Source of the DNA: the human T2T-CHM13v2.0 reference genome, Homo sapiens | Assembly (NCBI RefSeq): GCF_009914755.1 | Contig: NC_060928.1 | Strand: one strand, 5' to 3' | Length of the DNA stretch: 64,000 bases | In this document: positions 1-11,715 of the stretch, piece after piece | Layout of the letters: each line of letters starts with the position of its first letter | Position numbering within the stretch: the stretch's first letter is position 1 | Made by a program: the position numbers and the translations under genes | The notes under the pieces: generated by a model | Databases searched by the model: none | The model's input: only the letters and a program-made list of their open reading frames with translations | Told to the model about the DNA's origin: nothing

Positions 1-337
1 AATTGGAAATATTTTCTTAACTAATCATTTTAGCAAAGAGCAGAAACAAATTGTAAATTATGCTACGGTAATCAGAAAATATAAAAGAGAAAATCAGTAC
101 TAAAATTTTAAATTATCTATAAAGTAATGAAATAAAAAACATTTCATTGGAAAATATTGATATAAAAGATAGTGCTAAGACTGTTACTGGAGAAAAAAAC
201 AAATACTTAAATGTCTTCAATAATTTTAATAAACAATCAGAACAATCACTAGTAAGAGACAACAACCACACATTAAGTATTATTTTTTGGTAAAATTTAA
301 ACTAATGATTTTGGAAATAGTCAGCAATAACAAATGT

Positions 338-640
338 CATTCATTCAGCAAATGTTCCTAGATTGCCTACTGCATGTCAGGAGCTTTTCCAGGCCTTGAG
401 AAACAGTTTTGAATCAGAGAAAAATTTTGACTTCTTGTTTACATTCTAGTGGAGAGGAGCAAGCAATTATGGAAAGTAAATATAAAAGATAATGCAGGAA
501 TGTAGGCTTGCAATTGAAAAAAAAGATGGTCAGTGAATATCTCAAGTATATCACCAAAAGTAAAATACATTGGGATAAAATCTGACTATTTGAAAAAGAT
601 CATGTAACTAACTGGAGAAATTGCATTCCACCAATAAAAA
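338..640 (-). mobile_element. L2 (LINE2) 3' fragment
   Basis: Starts cattcattcagcaaatgttcctagattgcctactgcatgtcagg, resembling the antisense L2 3' terminus; highly diverged, right boundary approximate. Confidence 0.55.
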
Positions 641-699
641 ATGTTTTAAAGAATAGCAAATATCAAGGTAATTCATTAAAAAGACTTTTAAAATGTTCA

Positions 700-1660
700 T
701 GACCTTTCATTAAAAGTTTAAAATTTGAAAAACATGAGAAGATAAAATACATCACAAATAGGAAAAAGAAAAACTATATAGTCTCTCATTATGAAAATAC
801 TAAAATGATTGTAAGAAGTCACATGATATTAATACTCTATGCATACGTATAACATTAAATTCCAAGTAGATGCATGATTTCTTAGAACAGTATAAATAAC
901 CTACAGTGATATAATAAAAATAGAATCTAAATGGAACAATAAACAGAAGATATTGTAGTTAGTTTTCTCAATATTTTAAAAAGGCAAGAAGATGAGACGT
1001 TTAATACCTGTTTTTCCAAATTTGAAAGTAAAAACTTATAAAACAAGTATTTTAAAGAAGTTATTTAAAAATTGATTTGGTTTCACCTCAATAAAAATTA
1101 AATATTTTATGAAGCTTGAGTAAATATAAACATTGTGAAACTGACATGGGAAAAAATAAACATATCAGTCAGGCAAATAAAAACACTAGAAAGATGAGAT
1201 GATACTATCAATTTTATTTTTATTTTTTGGTCTGCATGTAGCAAAATTTAAAATGTACATCATCCTTTGTACCTCTAGGAATTTATTTCACTTATATCTT
1301 TCTCCAGTGGTATAAACACAGAATGTTCACTGAAGCATCCAAAAAAGATAAAAATACAAGCATTTGCTACAAAGACTTACATGAAAAGTTCATCTAAATG
1401 AAGGTCTGTGAAAAATATGCAACTTAAACATAGAAATATTTATAAAACCTATTCTTAGTGAGTACAGATTACTCATAAAAGTTATGGACACTAAATTAAA
1501 TAGAAAAAATTATATGTATGCATAAATTAACTATTAAAGTGCATTAAAATTCTGAAAGATTACACAAAATTTAGAGCATATCTTAGTGGAGGTGGAAGGT
1601 AAAAAACTTTCAAGTTCAATCTTTAAATTTTTCTACAAAGTTTTTAAAAATTGTTAAATG
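700..1660 (+). mobile_element. Highly diverged old L1 (L1ME-like) fragments
   Basis: A-rich sequence with L1-like motifs (gatttcttagaacagtataaataacc; cctctaggaatttat; gaatgttcactgaagca). Confidence 0.4.
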
Positions 1661-2609
1661 AGAATTAATTACGTGATTGAAAAAGATAATTAAAAATACA
1701 ATTAAAAAGCTATAGGTTAATGCAAACAACTTAAAGGACAAAAATGTTTTAGAACAGCTTGCTTAATTCAATCTAGTAAAAAAAAATCTTCTCATGCAAA
1801 TTCTGTGTTTTAAACATCTTTTTGATAAAGGACATTGATGTATATAAAAGATAGTGGCATGAGTCTTCCAACTTAAGTTAAATTTGATAAGAAAGCTCAT
1901 TACTGTCTAAATGAGCAATATGAGAAATTAAATGCTGGGCATGGCTCAGGAATAACTGCTTAGCATATGCTACCATTGCATAATAAAAATCATTTGTGCA
2001 GTAACACATGAAAGTGTTTCTAAGCCATTATGACAATATTCGAGTTTCAGAGTTTATTGAAATATTTGGTTCTTATTTGTCTTTTGCATTCGCAAATGAT
2101 TTTATTTTTATTTGATGTGAAAATATTATTATTAATGCAACAGTGGATTTTTAAAGGATATTTTAATGCCTATGCAAGAGTGAGCATGTTAAAATTGATC
2201 ATTATCAGATGAAACATCACACTTCACTAGCAGCAGTTTATTTTTTCAACTGTTTGTTGTTCCTGTGTTGTTCCCTCAATATACAAAATGAGATCAAAAC
2301 ACAAAAAGGCATCGTAAAATGCCACTGGAAAATGGAAAGATAAGGTTTTTATAATGTATCACTAGTGCTCATTTGTTAAGGCAATTTCCCAGACTCCCAA
2401 TGTATTTTAAATAATTTTGCAAAACAAATCTATGGTTCTTATTAAATAACCATGTAATTTAAAACAAAACATAGTGGACATGATAATAAAGGTATCACTT
2501 TTCATTCCAAATTGAACTTTATATTATATAATAATATAAACATTTTCACTTAAATCACATTCAAATTTAGAAAAAATTTTATCATGTTATTGTTTAATAA
2601 CAAATGATA

Positions 2610-3055
2610 AAGATTCAGGTCTATTTGCTATAACAACAAAAGAAATTATAAACAAGATAATCATGGAAGACACAAATTTTATTTTTCTTTCTTTCTTCTA
2701 TGACATGGACAAAAATAAGAACTCTATAACGGTAAGGGTGTATTCATGGCCTACCCAGTCTCCTAACTTGGAAGTCTGCCTTTTCTAGTATTGCCCAGAT
2801 CCACTTGGTCAGTGATATCTTCAGTCAAAGGGAAGAAGATGTATTGAGGAAGGGAAATGTATACTCTTTCTCATTTAAGGCACAAAGGAGATTTTTTTCC
2901 TCACATTTCCATTTACAGAATGTGTTCACAGAGGTTAGCCAGAACATAGCTGAACAGCTAAACTAGAGGCTGGTAAATGTACCCTCTTGCTGGACTTTCA
3001 GGTAATCAGTTACTTTTCAGGATTTTTTATGGAAAATGGTAGAAGGGATATTGGG
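2610..3055 (-). mobile_element. MaLR LTR fossil (MLT1K/L-like)
   Basis: Motifs ctcacatttccatt...agaac and aactagaggctggtaaatgta resemble old antisense MLT1 elements. Confidence 0.4.
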
Positions 3056-4022
3056 CCTAACTCATAGACTTTCAAAGTTTTTTGTAAAAAAAAGTTTCAT
3101 ATCATGCAAGAAAAATAACTGTGATACTGCAGGGATTATAATAAATATGTTAATTTAACAGAAGCTTAAGACAATAGAATTAGAATAGTTGTCAAAGTAG
3201 ATTTAAGTAACGTGGATAAAATATACATAAAAACTAACTCCCTTTTACATCTTTCTATCTAGTTTTGCTTTTGTGTTTCATTTCTCAACTCTTCAATCTA
3301 AAACCTTTCAAAACTGTTCTGCTGAGATGAATAGGCAGACTACACTATTACAGGATTGTTAGCTTACAAGAAAAAAATCCTAGCCTGTTAACTGTTCCTT
3401 TCTCCTATTATTCTCAAGAAAGATCTTACTTCTATAGATGAGTACTTCCATTTAGAAAATAACTTTTCTTTCCATGTTATTTGTTATGAAAAAGTTTTGT
3501 ATAGCTATTCTATTCATTTATTTCTATGTCTAATATTCATATCAATGTCCAGAGTAATGACTTTAAAGAAAATATTTTTGAGTCTACAAACAACAAGAAT
3601 CATCTTCCAGTAAACATTATCTTCTATCTTCTCTTGGTATTGTATTGCTCTTCAGTTCCAGGAAAACTAAAATTAACTGATTATCATCCAAAAAATTAGT
3701 TAAGATAAGCAGAGAAATGTCAATTTTATTGCTATTGGGTGAAAGTTTCCATAAAATGGAGATTTAAGTTAAATTGAATAATAATTTTTCTAAGATTTCT
3801 ACTTTTTGTTGATTTCCATTTAAATATTCCTTAAATTATAGACAAAGGTATGTTAAAACCATCAACCGTAATATTGAATTTGTCTATTTCTCTTTCCAGT
3901 ATATTTTTATTTCCTGTGATTTGAATCTTTGCTCTCAGTTGCATACCCACAGAATTGTCACATCTTCTCAGTGAATTGTCCCTTTTATTATTATTATATG
4001 CCCCTCTTTGCAACTATTAATA

Positions 4023-4447
4023 TTGTCTATCCTTATTATTTGAGTGTGCCATATTTGCAAATTTCCTGCTCACTAAAATTTATTTTTAACCCCAAAATCA
4101 ATACTCAGAGATTTTCTCAGTCATTTGCAGACATGTCCAGAGCCACAAAATGACTGAGTTGCCCAACCCCCAGGTCCCCAACTAAAATTAAAGAAGATGG
4201 CATTGCCTTCTTACTTCATCTCTCATGTAGAGTTCACCATTTGGTAGGAGCAGGGCAGTGTAAGGGAAGAAGCTCTGGATCTGGGGCCAGTTAGAGGGAG
4301 TGTGAATTCCAACTCAGGCAGACATTAGTGGGGTGGTCTCGGGCAAGTCCTTCAACATTTCTGAATCTGTTGTTCTTTTTTTATAACATTAAGAAATTAA
4401 AATCCACCATAATTTTTTTTAGGATTTAAGATTATAATCTGTGTTAA

Positions 4448-4482
<35 letters not shown>

Positions 4483-4573
4483 CTTACTCTTTGGAATCGT
4501 GGTTCAATATTCACTAATTCAGTGCTTGTGTGACTTTGTAGAACATAAATACTACAAGTAATGTGATTAATTG
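4023..4573 (+). mobile_element. MER82-like TcMar-Tigger DNA transposon with MIR-like internal segment
   Basis: 5' end atatttgcaaatttcctgctcactaaaatttatttttaaccccaaaatcaatactc and 3' end ggttcaatattcactaattcagtg...gactttgtagaacataa match MER82-type ends. Confidence 0.7.
4449..4478. repeat. (TG)15 microsatellite
   Basis: Perfect TG dinucleotide run seen directly. Confidence 0.97.
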
Positions 4574-4723
4574 CATTTCTTTTTCTAATGTGTACTTATT
4601 ATGATGCTAATATAGCTATTCCAGCTTTTGTTTGAATAGTGTTCGAATAGTATACAATTTTTATCCTTTTTTATACATATGTTAGATTGAAAGTAGTTTT
4701 CTGGTTGACAATTTAGAGTTGAT

Positions 4724-4778
4724 CTCCTTCTCCGCCTCTTCCTCCTCCACTACCTCATCTGCCTCCAATTCCTCCTCT
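4724..4778. repeat. Degenerate (CCT)n low-complexity tract
   Basis: ctccttctccgcctcttcctcctccactacctc...; produces the Glu-rich stretch in the minus ORF 4682-4936. Confidence 0.75.
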
Positions 4779-5233
4779 GTCTTATTAAGTTCACCTTTGC
4801 AATCTTTGCCATTTAACTGTTTCAACCTTTTACATTTAATGCAATTGGTGGTATGGTTGACTTTAAGTCTACCATTTTGCTGTTTGCTTTCTCTTTGACC
4901 ACTTCTATTTGTTTCTGTTTTCTTTCCTACCTTCATACCTCCTTTAGGTTTTTATTTAATACCTTGTATTATTTACTCTTGGCTAATTAGCTATATTTAA
5001 ATTTTTTTTCTTTTTCTTTAATTTTCTTTTACAGGTCAATCTAAGGTTAACAATATTTATCTTATTACAATATACTTTCCAACAATATTGCAGACTTTTT
5101 TACATAGCATTAACCACTTATGCAAATATTTTTCAGTTTGTCTCTGTCACCCGTTGTACTGTTGTATTAATACTTTTACTTCTGAATATGTTTTAAATAA
5201 TAAAATATGTTGTTATTTTTGTTTTAAATAATC

Positions 5234-5235
<2 letters not shown>

Positions 5236-5278
<43 letters not shown>

Positions 5279-5587
5279 TTGAGACCAGATCTCATTGTGT
5301 TGCCCAGGCTGGAGTGCAGTGGTGCAATCACAACTCACTGTAACCTCAAACTTCTGGGCTCAAGTGATCCTCCTGTCTTAGCCTCCTGAGTAGCTAGGAC
5401 TAAAGATGTATGCCACTATGCCCAGCTAGTTTTTCTTTTAATGGCCTTTTTTTTTTTTTTTTTTTTTTGTAGAGATGAGATCTAATTGTGTGGGCCAGGC
5501 TTGTCTTGAATTCTTGGCCTCAATTGATCATCTTGCCCCAACCTCCCAGAGTTCTGAGATTACAGGAGTGAGCCACTATGCCTGGCT
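5236..5587 (-). mobile_element. AluJ with (TTTA)n tail
   Basis: Both arms present, with J-type ctgggctcaagtgatcctcc and an expanded T-rich linker. caattat occurs on both flanks (probable TSD). Confidence 0.95.
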
Positions 5588-6053
5588 CAATTATGTTTTA
5601 AAGGAAACTTGAAAAGGAGAAGAGGCCATATTTACTCACATATTTACTAATTCTGTTACTCTTCACTTCTATATGAGTGCTTAATTTCCACCTAGGGTCA
5701 TTTTATTTCATTTTGAAAAAAATTGCTAAGTATTAATTTTAGTGTAGTGTAAGTTATTTAGTAATGAATCTATAAGTGTTTGGTATTTATTTCTTTTCAT
5801 TTTCTAAAAAACATTTTTTTCTGGCTGTACAATTTTAAATTGAAGAGGTGTACTCCTCTTCCTCAGCACTTTAAAGACATTTTTTTTTTTTGTCTTTTGC
5901 CTTAGGTTCTTTCCAAAAAGAATTATTTGGTCATATTCATCTTTCATTTCTAGTATATAATGTGCCTTTTTCCCTGTAATTTCTTTTTAGATTTTTCTCT
6001 TTTCCATGTATTTATAGTAATTTGATTAGGATTTAATTTGATTTTTATTCCTG

Positions 6054-6156
6054 AAATACAGAACAATTCATGAATTTATATCATTCTTGTGTAGGGGCTA
6101 TGCTAATCTTCTCTGTATCTTTCCAAATTTAGTATACGTGCTACTGAAGCAAGCAC
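6054..6156 (-). pseudogene. RNU6: U6 snRNA retropseudogene, full length
   Basis: Reverse complement gtgcttgcttcagtagcacgtatactaaatttggaaagatacagagaagattagcatagcccctacacaagaatgatataaattcatgaattgttctgtattt matches U6 end to end. Short A-rich tail; flanking repeat gatttaattt at 6030-6039 and 6159-6168; no recognisable U6 upstream promoter. Confidence 0.95.
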
Positions 6157-6202
6157 TTGATTTAATTTTCTTTTTATATTACCTGAGATTTAGTGGCCAT
6201 TC

Positions 6203-9200
6203 TATTTTTTAAATTTAATTTCTCATTTTTAATTTTTATGTGTACATAGTAGGTGTATATATTTATGGGGTACATGTGATGGTTTTATGCAGGAATATAA
6301 TGTGCAATAACCATATCAGAGAAATTGAGGTATTTACCACCCCAAGCATTTATTATTTCTTCATTACAAGAGCATTCCATTTCTGCTATTTTAGCTATTT
6401 AAAAATATATCATAAATTATTTTTGACTGTAGTCAACCTGTTGTGCTATCAAGTACTAGATCTTACTCATTCTAACTATGTTTTTATACCCATCATCAAT
6501 CCACACTTTTTCCCTCCCTCTCCACTAACCTTTGCACTCTTTGATTGATTTCAATCAATTTGATTGATTTGACTTCATTGATTGATTTGCATATGTTAGA
6601 TCATTCTTTCCTTCCTGGGATGAATTCTACTTGGTCATGATGAATGATCATTTTAATATGTTGTTGAATTCAATTTGCTAGTGTTTTGTTTAGGAATTTT
6701 GCATCAATGTTCATCAGATACTGGCCTGTAGTTTTGTTTTGTTCTTCTTATGTCTTTGTTTGATTTTTGATGTCAGTAATACTGTCCTCCTAAAATGAGT
6801 TTTGAAGTATTCCCTAATCTTATACATCTTGCAATAGTTTGAGCAGGATTGGTATCAGTTCTTCCTTAAATGTTTGATAAAATTCAGCAGTGAAACCATC
6901 AGATCTCGTTACTGGCAGCAAATCTATATCCATACAGATCTGCAGCAACTTCAATTATTTCTTCCTCAGAAGAAAGACTCAGAAGGAGAAACCAAAGCAT
7001 GTTTTAGAGCAGGAGTGTAAGTTTATTAAAAAGTTGTAGAGCAGGAATAAAAGGAAGTAAAGTACCCTTGGAAGAGGGCCAAGTGGGCAACTTGAGAGAT
7101 CAAGAGCACAGTTTGACCTTTTGACTTGGGGTTTTATACGCTGGCGTACTTCCAAGATCCTGCATTACTTCTCTGATTCTTCCCTTGGCGTGGGCTGTCT
7201 GCATGTTCAGTGGCCTGCTAGCACTTGTGCGGAGAGCATGTTCAGTGTGTTTGCTGGAGTTGTACACATGCTTACTTGAAGCGTTCTTCACTTGCTGGTC
7301 TAGAATTCCTAGAGGAAGGTGATGATACCATTTAAACTCCATCACTTTGCCTCTTAATGATCATGCTTGAGCCCACTCGCCCAACTCCTAAGATCTTATT
7401 AGGAAGCTGCTGATCACCAGTTTTGGGTGTTTTCTCTCTACTGGGAGACTGCCTTTCCCTGGCGCTGCTTGTAAGCAATTATTATTTTAGAGAGAGAGTT
7501 AACAACTGCTGGACCATCATCTGATGGTCACCTGACATTTCTGGTGGTTGAGTGGGGAGCCCTCCTGCCCTGCTCATGTCTTACTAGCTACGTACTATAA
7601 CAATCCAGGCTTTTCTTTGGTGGAAAACTTCTTACTAAATTTGATCTTGTTTTTTGTTTTTGGTCTCTTCAGGTTTTCGATTTCTTCATAGTTCAATCTT
7701 AGTAGATTGTATGTGTCTGATAATTTATTTCTTCTAGGTTCTCCAATTTATTGGTACATAGTTGCTCATGGAAGTCTTTAATAATCCTTTGAATTTCTGC
7801 TATATCAGTTGTAATGTCTCCTTTTTCATCTTTGATTTATCTATATAGGTCTTCTTTTCTTAATTAGTCTGGCTAAAGGTTTGTCATTTTTGTTTATATT
7901 TTCAAAAAAACAAACTTTTTTGTCTTCTTTATCTTTTATTATTTTTTATTTCAATTTCATTTATTTCTGCACTTATTCTTACTATTTTCTTTTCCCAATT
8001 TTGAGTTTGGTTTGCTCTTGTTTTTCTACTTCTTTAAGATGCATTGTTGGATTGTTTGAAGTTTTTCTCTTGTTTTATGTAGGCACTTATTGCTATAAAC
8101 TATCCACTTAATACTAGTTTTGCTATGTCCCATAGGTTTTGGCATATTGTGTTTTCATTTTCATTTTTTTCCAGAAATTTTTAAATTCCCTTTTTAATTT
8201 CTTCATTCGCTCATTGAGCATTCAAGATCATATTGTTTAATTTCTACATCGTTGTAGAGTTTCAAAAGTTTTTTCCTTACTGATTTCTAATTTTATTTCA
8301 TTGCGTTCAGAGAAGATGTCTAATAAGGTGTAAACTTTTTTCATTTCTAAAAAACTTGTTTTATGGCCTCACTTGTGGTCTATCCTTGAGAATGATCCAT
8401 GGGCTAAGAGAAGAATATGTATTTTGTAGCTGTTGGATGAAATTTTCTGTCAATATTTATTAGGACTATTTGATCTATGTTGCAGATTAAGCCCAATGTT
8501 TCTTTGCTAATTTCCTGTCTGGATGAACTGCACAGTGCCTAAAATAGGATGTTGAGGTCTCCACTCATTATTGTATTTGGGTCTGTCTCTCACTTTAGAT
8601 CGAATAATATTTGCTTTATATACCTTGGTGTTCCAGTTTTGGGAGAAGATATATTTATAACTGTGATATCCTCCTGCAGAATTATCTCCTTTTTTATTAC
8701 ATAATGAACCTCTTTGTCTTTCTATACTTTATGTTTGAAATATATTTTATCTTTTATAATATAGCTACTCCTGTTATTTTTTTATTTCCATTTGCATGGA
8801 TTATCTTTTTCCTTCCCTTTATTTTTACTCTGTGTATGTATTTATGGGTGAAGTGAGTTTCTTGTAGACTTTTATCCATTCAACTACTCTATACCTTTTA
8901 AATGAAGAATTTAGTCCATTTACATTCAATGTTATTATTGATAAGTAAGGACCTACTGCTGCCATTTTGTTATTTGTTTTCTGGTCTTTTCTTCCTTCCA
9001 TTCTTCCCCTTTTTCTGTCCTCCTTTGTGTAAGTCATTTTCCTTGCTTTCTATTTTCTGTATATCTGTTTCACATTTTTTTGATTTGAGGTTACCATGAG
9101 GCTTGAAAATAACATCTTAAACCAATCATTTTAAACAACTTAGCTGTGACTGCAAAACAAGAAAAGAGAAAACCAATAAAAATTCTACACTTTATTCCCC

Positions 9201-11625
9201 CCAGTCTTGTACTTTTGGTGGTTGGATTTATATTTTTATACTGTTTATATTTTTAAAAGGCGTTTGTAGTTAGTATTTTTGCAGGTTTATCTTTCAGTCT
9301 TTCTATTCAAAATATAAGTGGTTTACACACCATAATTATAGTTTTAGACTATTCTGTATTTGTATACTTACTGTTACCAGTGAGTTTTGTATCTTCTGAT
9401 AATTTCTTATTGCTCATTAACGCTCTTTTTATTTTAGATTAAAGAGCACCCTTTCAGATTTCTTATAGGTTAAGTCTGGTGTTGAAAAAAATCCCTCAGT
9501 TTTTGTTTCTTGGAGAAAGTATTTATTTTTCTTTCATGTTTAAATGATATTTTCACTGAATGTAATAATTTATGATATATTATTTTGTGATTCAGCACTT
9601 TGCATATGTCATGCCCCTCTCTCTTGGACTCTAAGGTTTCCACTTAGAAGTCTACTGCCAGAATTTTTGGAGCTTATTAATATGTTCCCCTTTTTTTTCT
9701 CTTGCTGCTTTTAGAATCCTTTTCTTATCCTTGACCTTTGGGAGTATGGTTATTAAATGTCTTGAGGTAGTCTTATTTGGGTGAAATCTGCTTGGTGATC
9801 TGTGACCTTCTTATAATTAATTATCGATATGTTTCTGTAGGTTTGGAAAGTTCTCTGCTATTCTTTGAATAAACTTTTCACCCCAATCCTTCTGTCTATC
9901 TCCTTTTGAGGCCAACACATTTTATATTTTCTCTTTTGAGGCTATTTTCTAGATCTTGTAGGCATGTTGCAGTCTTATTCTTTTTTTTCTCCTCTCACTG
10001 TGTATTTCCATAGAAGTTGTCTTCAGTCTCACTCTTCAGTCTCATTCTTCTGCTTTATCAGTTCTGCTGTTGAAAGTCTTTGGTACATTTATAAATTTGT
10101 CAAATTTTTCAGCTCCAGAATTTCTGCTTTTTTTTTTTTTTATTATTTCAAACTCTTAATTAAATTTCTCAGATAGGATTTTGAATTCCTTCTCTGTGCT
10201 ATCTTGAAGTTCATTGAGTGTGCTCAAAATAGCTATTGTGAATTCTCTGTCTGAAAGGTCACGTATCTGTCACTCCAGAATTTGTCACTATTGCCTTATT
10301 TAGTTCATTTGGTGAGATCACATTTCCCTGGATGTTCTTGATGTTTGTCAATTTTCATAAATGTCTGGGCATTAAAGAGTTCAATATTCTAATCTTTTCA
10401 TCTGGGCTTGTCTGTGCCTGTCCTTCTTGAGGAGGCTTTCCAAGTCTTCAAAGGGAATGGAGTGTTTTGATGTAAGTCTTTGGTCATTGCACTCAGATCT
10501 CCACTGGAGGCACTCTAAACCCTGTAACACTGTGACTCTTGCAAACTCAAAACAGAGGTATTGCTTTGGTGAGCTTGGGTAAGGTCCAGGAGAATTTCCT
10601 GGAATACAAGGCAGCGTCTCTTGTTCTCTTTCCTCACTATTCTCCAAACAAATGGAGGCTCTTTCTGTCTATGCTAGGCTGCTTGGAGTTTGGGGAAGGG
10701 GTAACGTGAGCACTCCTGTGACCACCACAGTTGGAATTGTGCTGAATCATAGCTAAATCTAGTACACTACTGGGTTATGCCCAAGGCCTGTGGCAGCTAC
10801 TGCTTGGCTACTGCTGGTGTTTATTTAGGGCGCGAGAGCTATTTAGTCATCAGATGGTGAATCCTGCCAGGACTGCCCTTTTAGGGCAGAGGGTGGTCTT
10901 CTGGTCTAGCATAGGTCAGAAATGTCATCTAAGAGGTAGAGCCTGGAATTTGGGGCTTCAGGACTTTGGTGCTTTTGTTTGACTGTAGCTGAGCTGGCAT
11001 CCAAGTTGTAAGACAAAGTCTTCTTTACTATTTCTTTTCCTTTCTGCAGGCAATAGAAGTCTCTTCCCAAGTTACACTGCCTAGAGCTGGGGTACGGGTG
11101 ATGCAGGCACACCCTTGGCTACCCCTGCTTGTGTCTCAGTGGGTGGTGTGCAACCCGAGTCTACTAGATCTGAACCCAGTGCAGCACCGGGGATTGCCCA
11201 AGGACTGCAGTTCTTGTGGCCTATAGTGCCTTTCGAATTTATTCAGGACCCCGAGCACTTTAGTTTGCTGGTGGTAGAGCTAGCCAGAAATCAGTATTCT
11301 ACTGCTGGAGTGGAAAATTCTTCTCTGGATGGAGCTAGTCTAAATGCTCCCTTCATGGGCACTGGCTAAATTCTGCCCTGTGTTGTGTTCCACTGTAACA
11401 GAATATCATTGATTTCCAATGCAAGGTCCCGTAATCACTCTGCTGTCTCTCCCCCAAAGAAAGAGATTCTCTCTCCACATACCATGCTGCAAAGAGGATG
11501 GGAGAGGCATGGTGTATGAAATACAAAATTGTCATTCCTATTCTATTCAGTGCCCTTTTCCATGATTCGATATTAAAACTAGGTACTGTGATCGCTCATC
11601 TGATTTTCGGTTCTTATGGAGATGC
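6203..11625 (-). mobile_element. L1MA2/3-like LINE1, near full length with a large internal deletion
   Basis: L1MA-type 3' end at 6203-6540, then a jump to ORF2 at about 6576. Endonuclease N-terminus (ORF 8825-9037 ...PYLSIITLNVNGLNS...), ORF1 and L1M1-type 5' UTR run to about 11625. Interrupted by MER50. Confidence 0.9.
6907..7602 (-). mobile_element. MER50 solo LTR (ERV1)
   Basis: Reverse complement starts tgttatagtacgtagctagtaagacatgagcagggcaggaggg like MER50. 4-bp TSD atct/atcc; the host L1 continues on both sides. Confidence 0.88.
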
Positions 11626-11715
11626 TCATGTTTTCATGAATTTTGGAAACATTTAGTGCATCATTTCTTAAATATAGATATTCTTTTTGTGGAGTGGGAA
11701 CAGAGTCTCACTCTC

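Larger units (their letters stand above)
3780..6200 (-). mobile_element. Old L1M fragment (ORF2 5' end, inter-ORF region, ORF1), host to nested insertions
   Basis: Antisense endonuclease-region motifs (gaatttgtctatttctctttc; aatatagctattccagcttt). Interrupted by a MER82-like element, an AluJ and a U6 copy, and appears to resume briefly at about 11630-11675. Confidence 0.7.

Noticed and set aside
4682-4936. Acidic Glu-rich 84-aa ORF
   Set aside because: It arises from a (CCT)n tract inside an old L1 fragment.
6054-6156. Functional U6 gene
   Set aside because: It has many substitutions, is embedded in L1 with a flanking direct repeat and tail, and has no recognisable upstream PSE/TATA arrangement.
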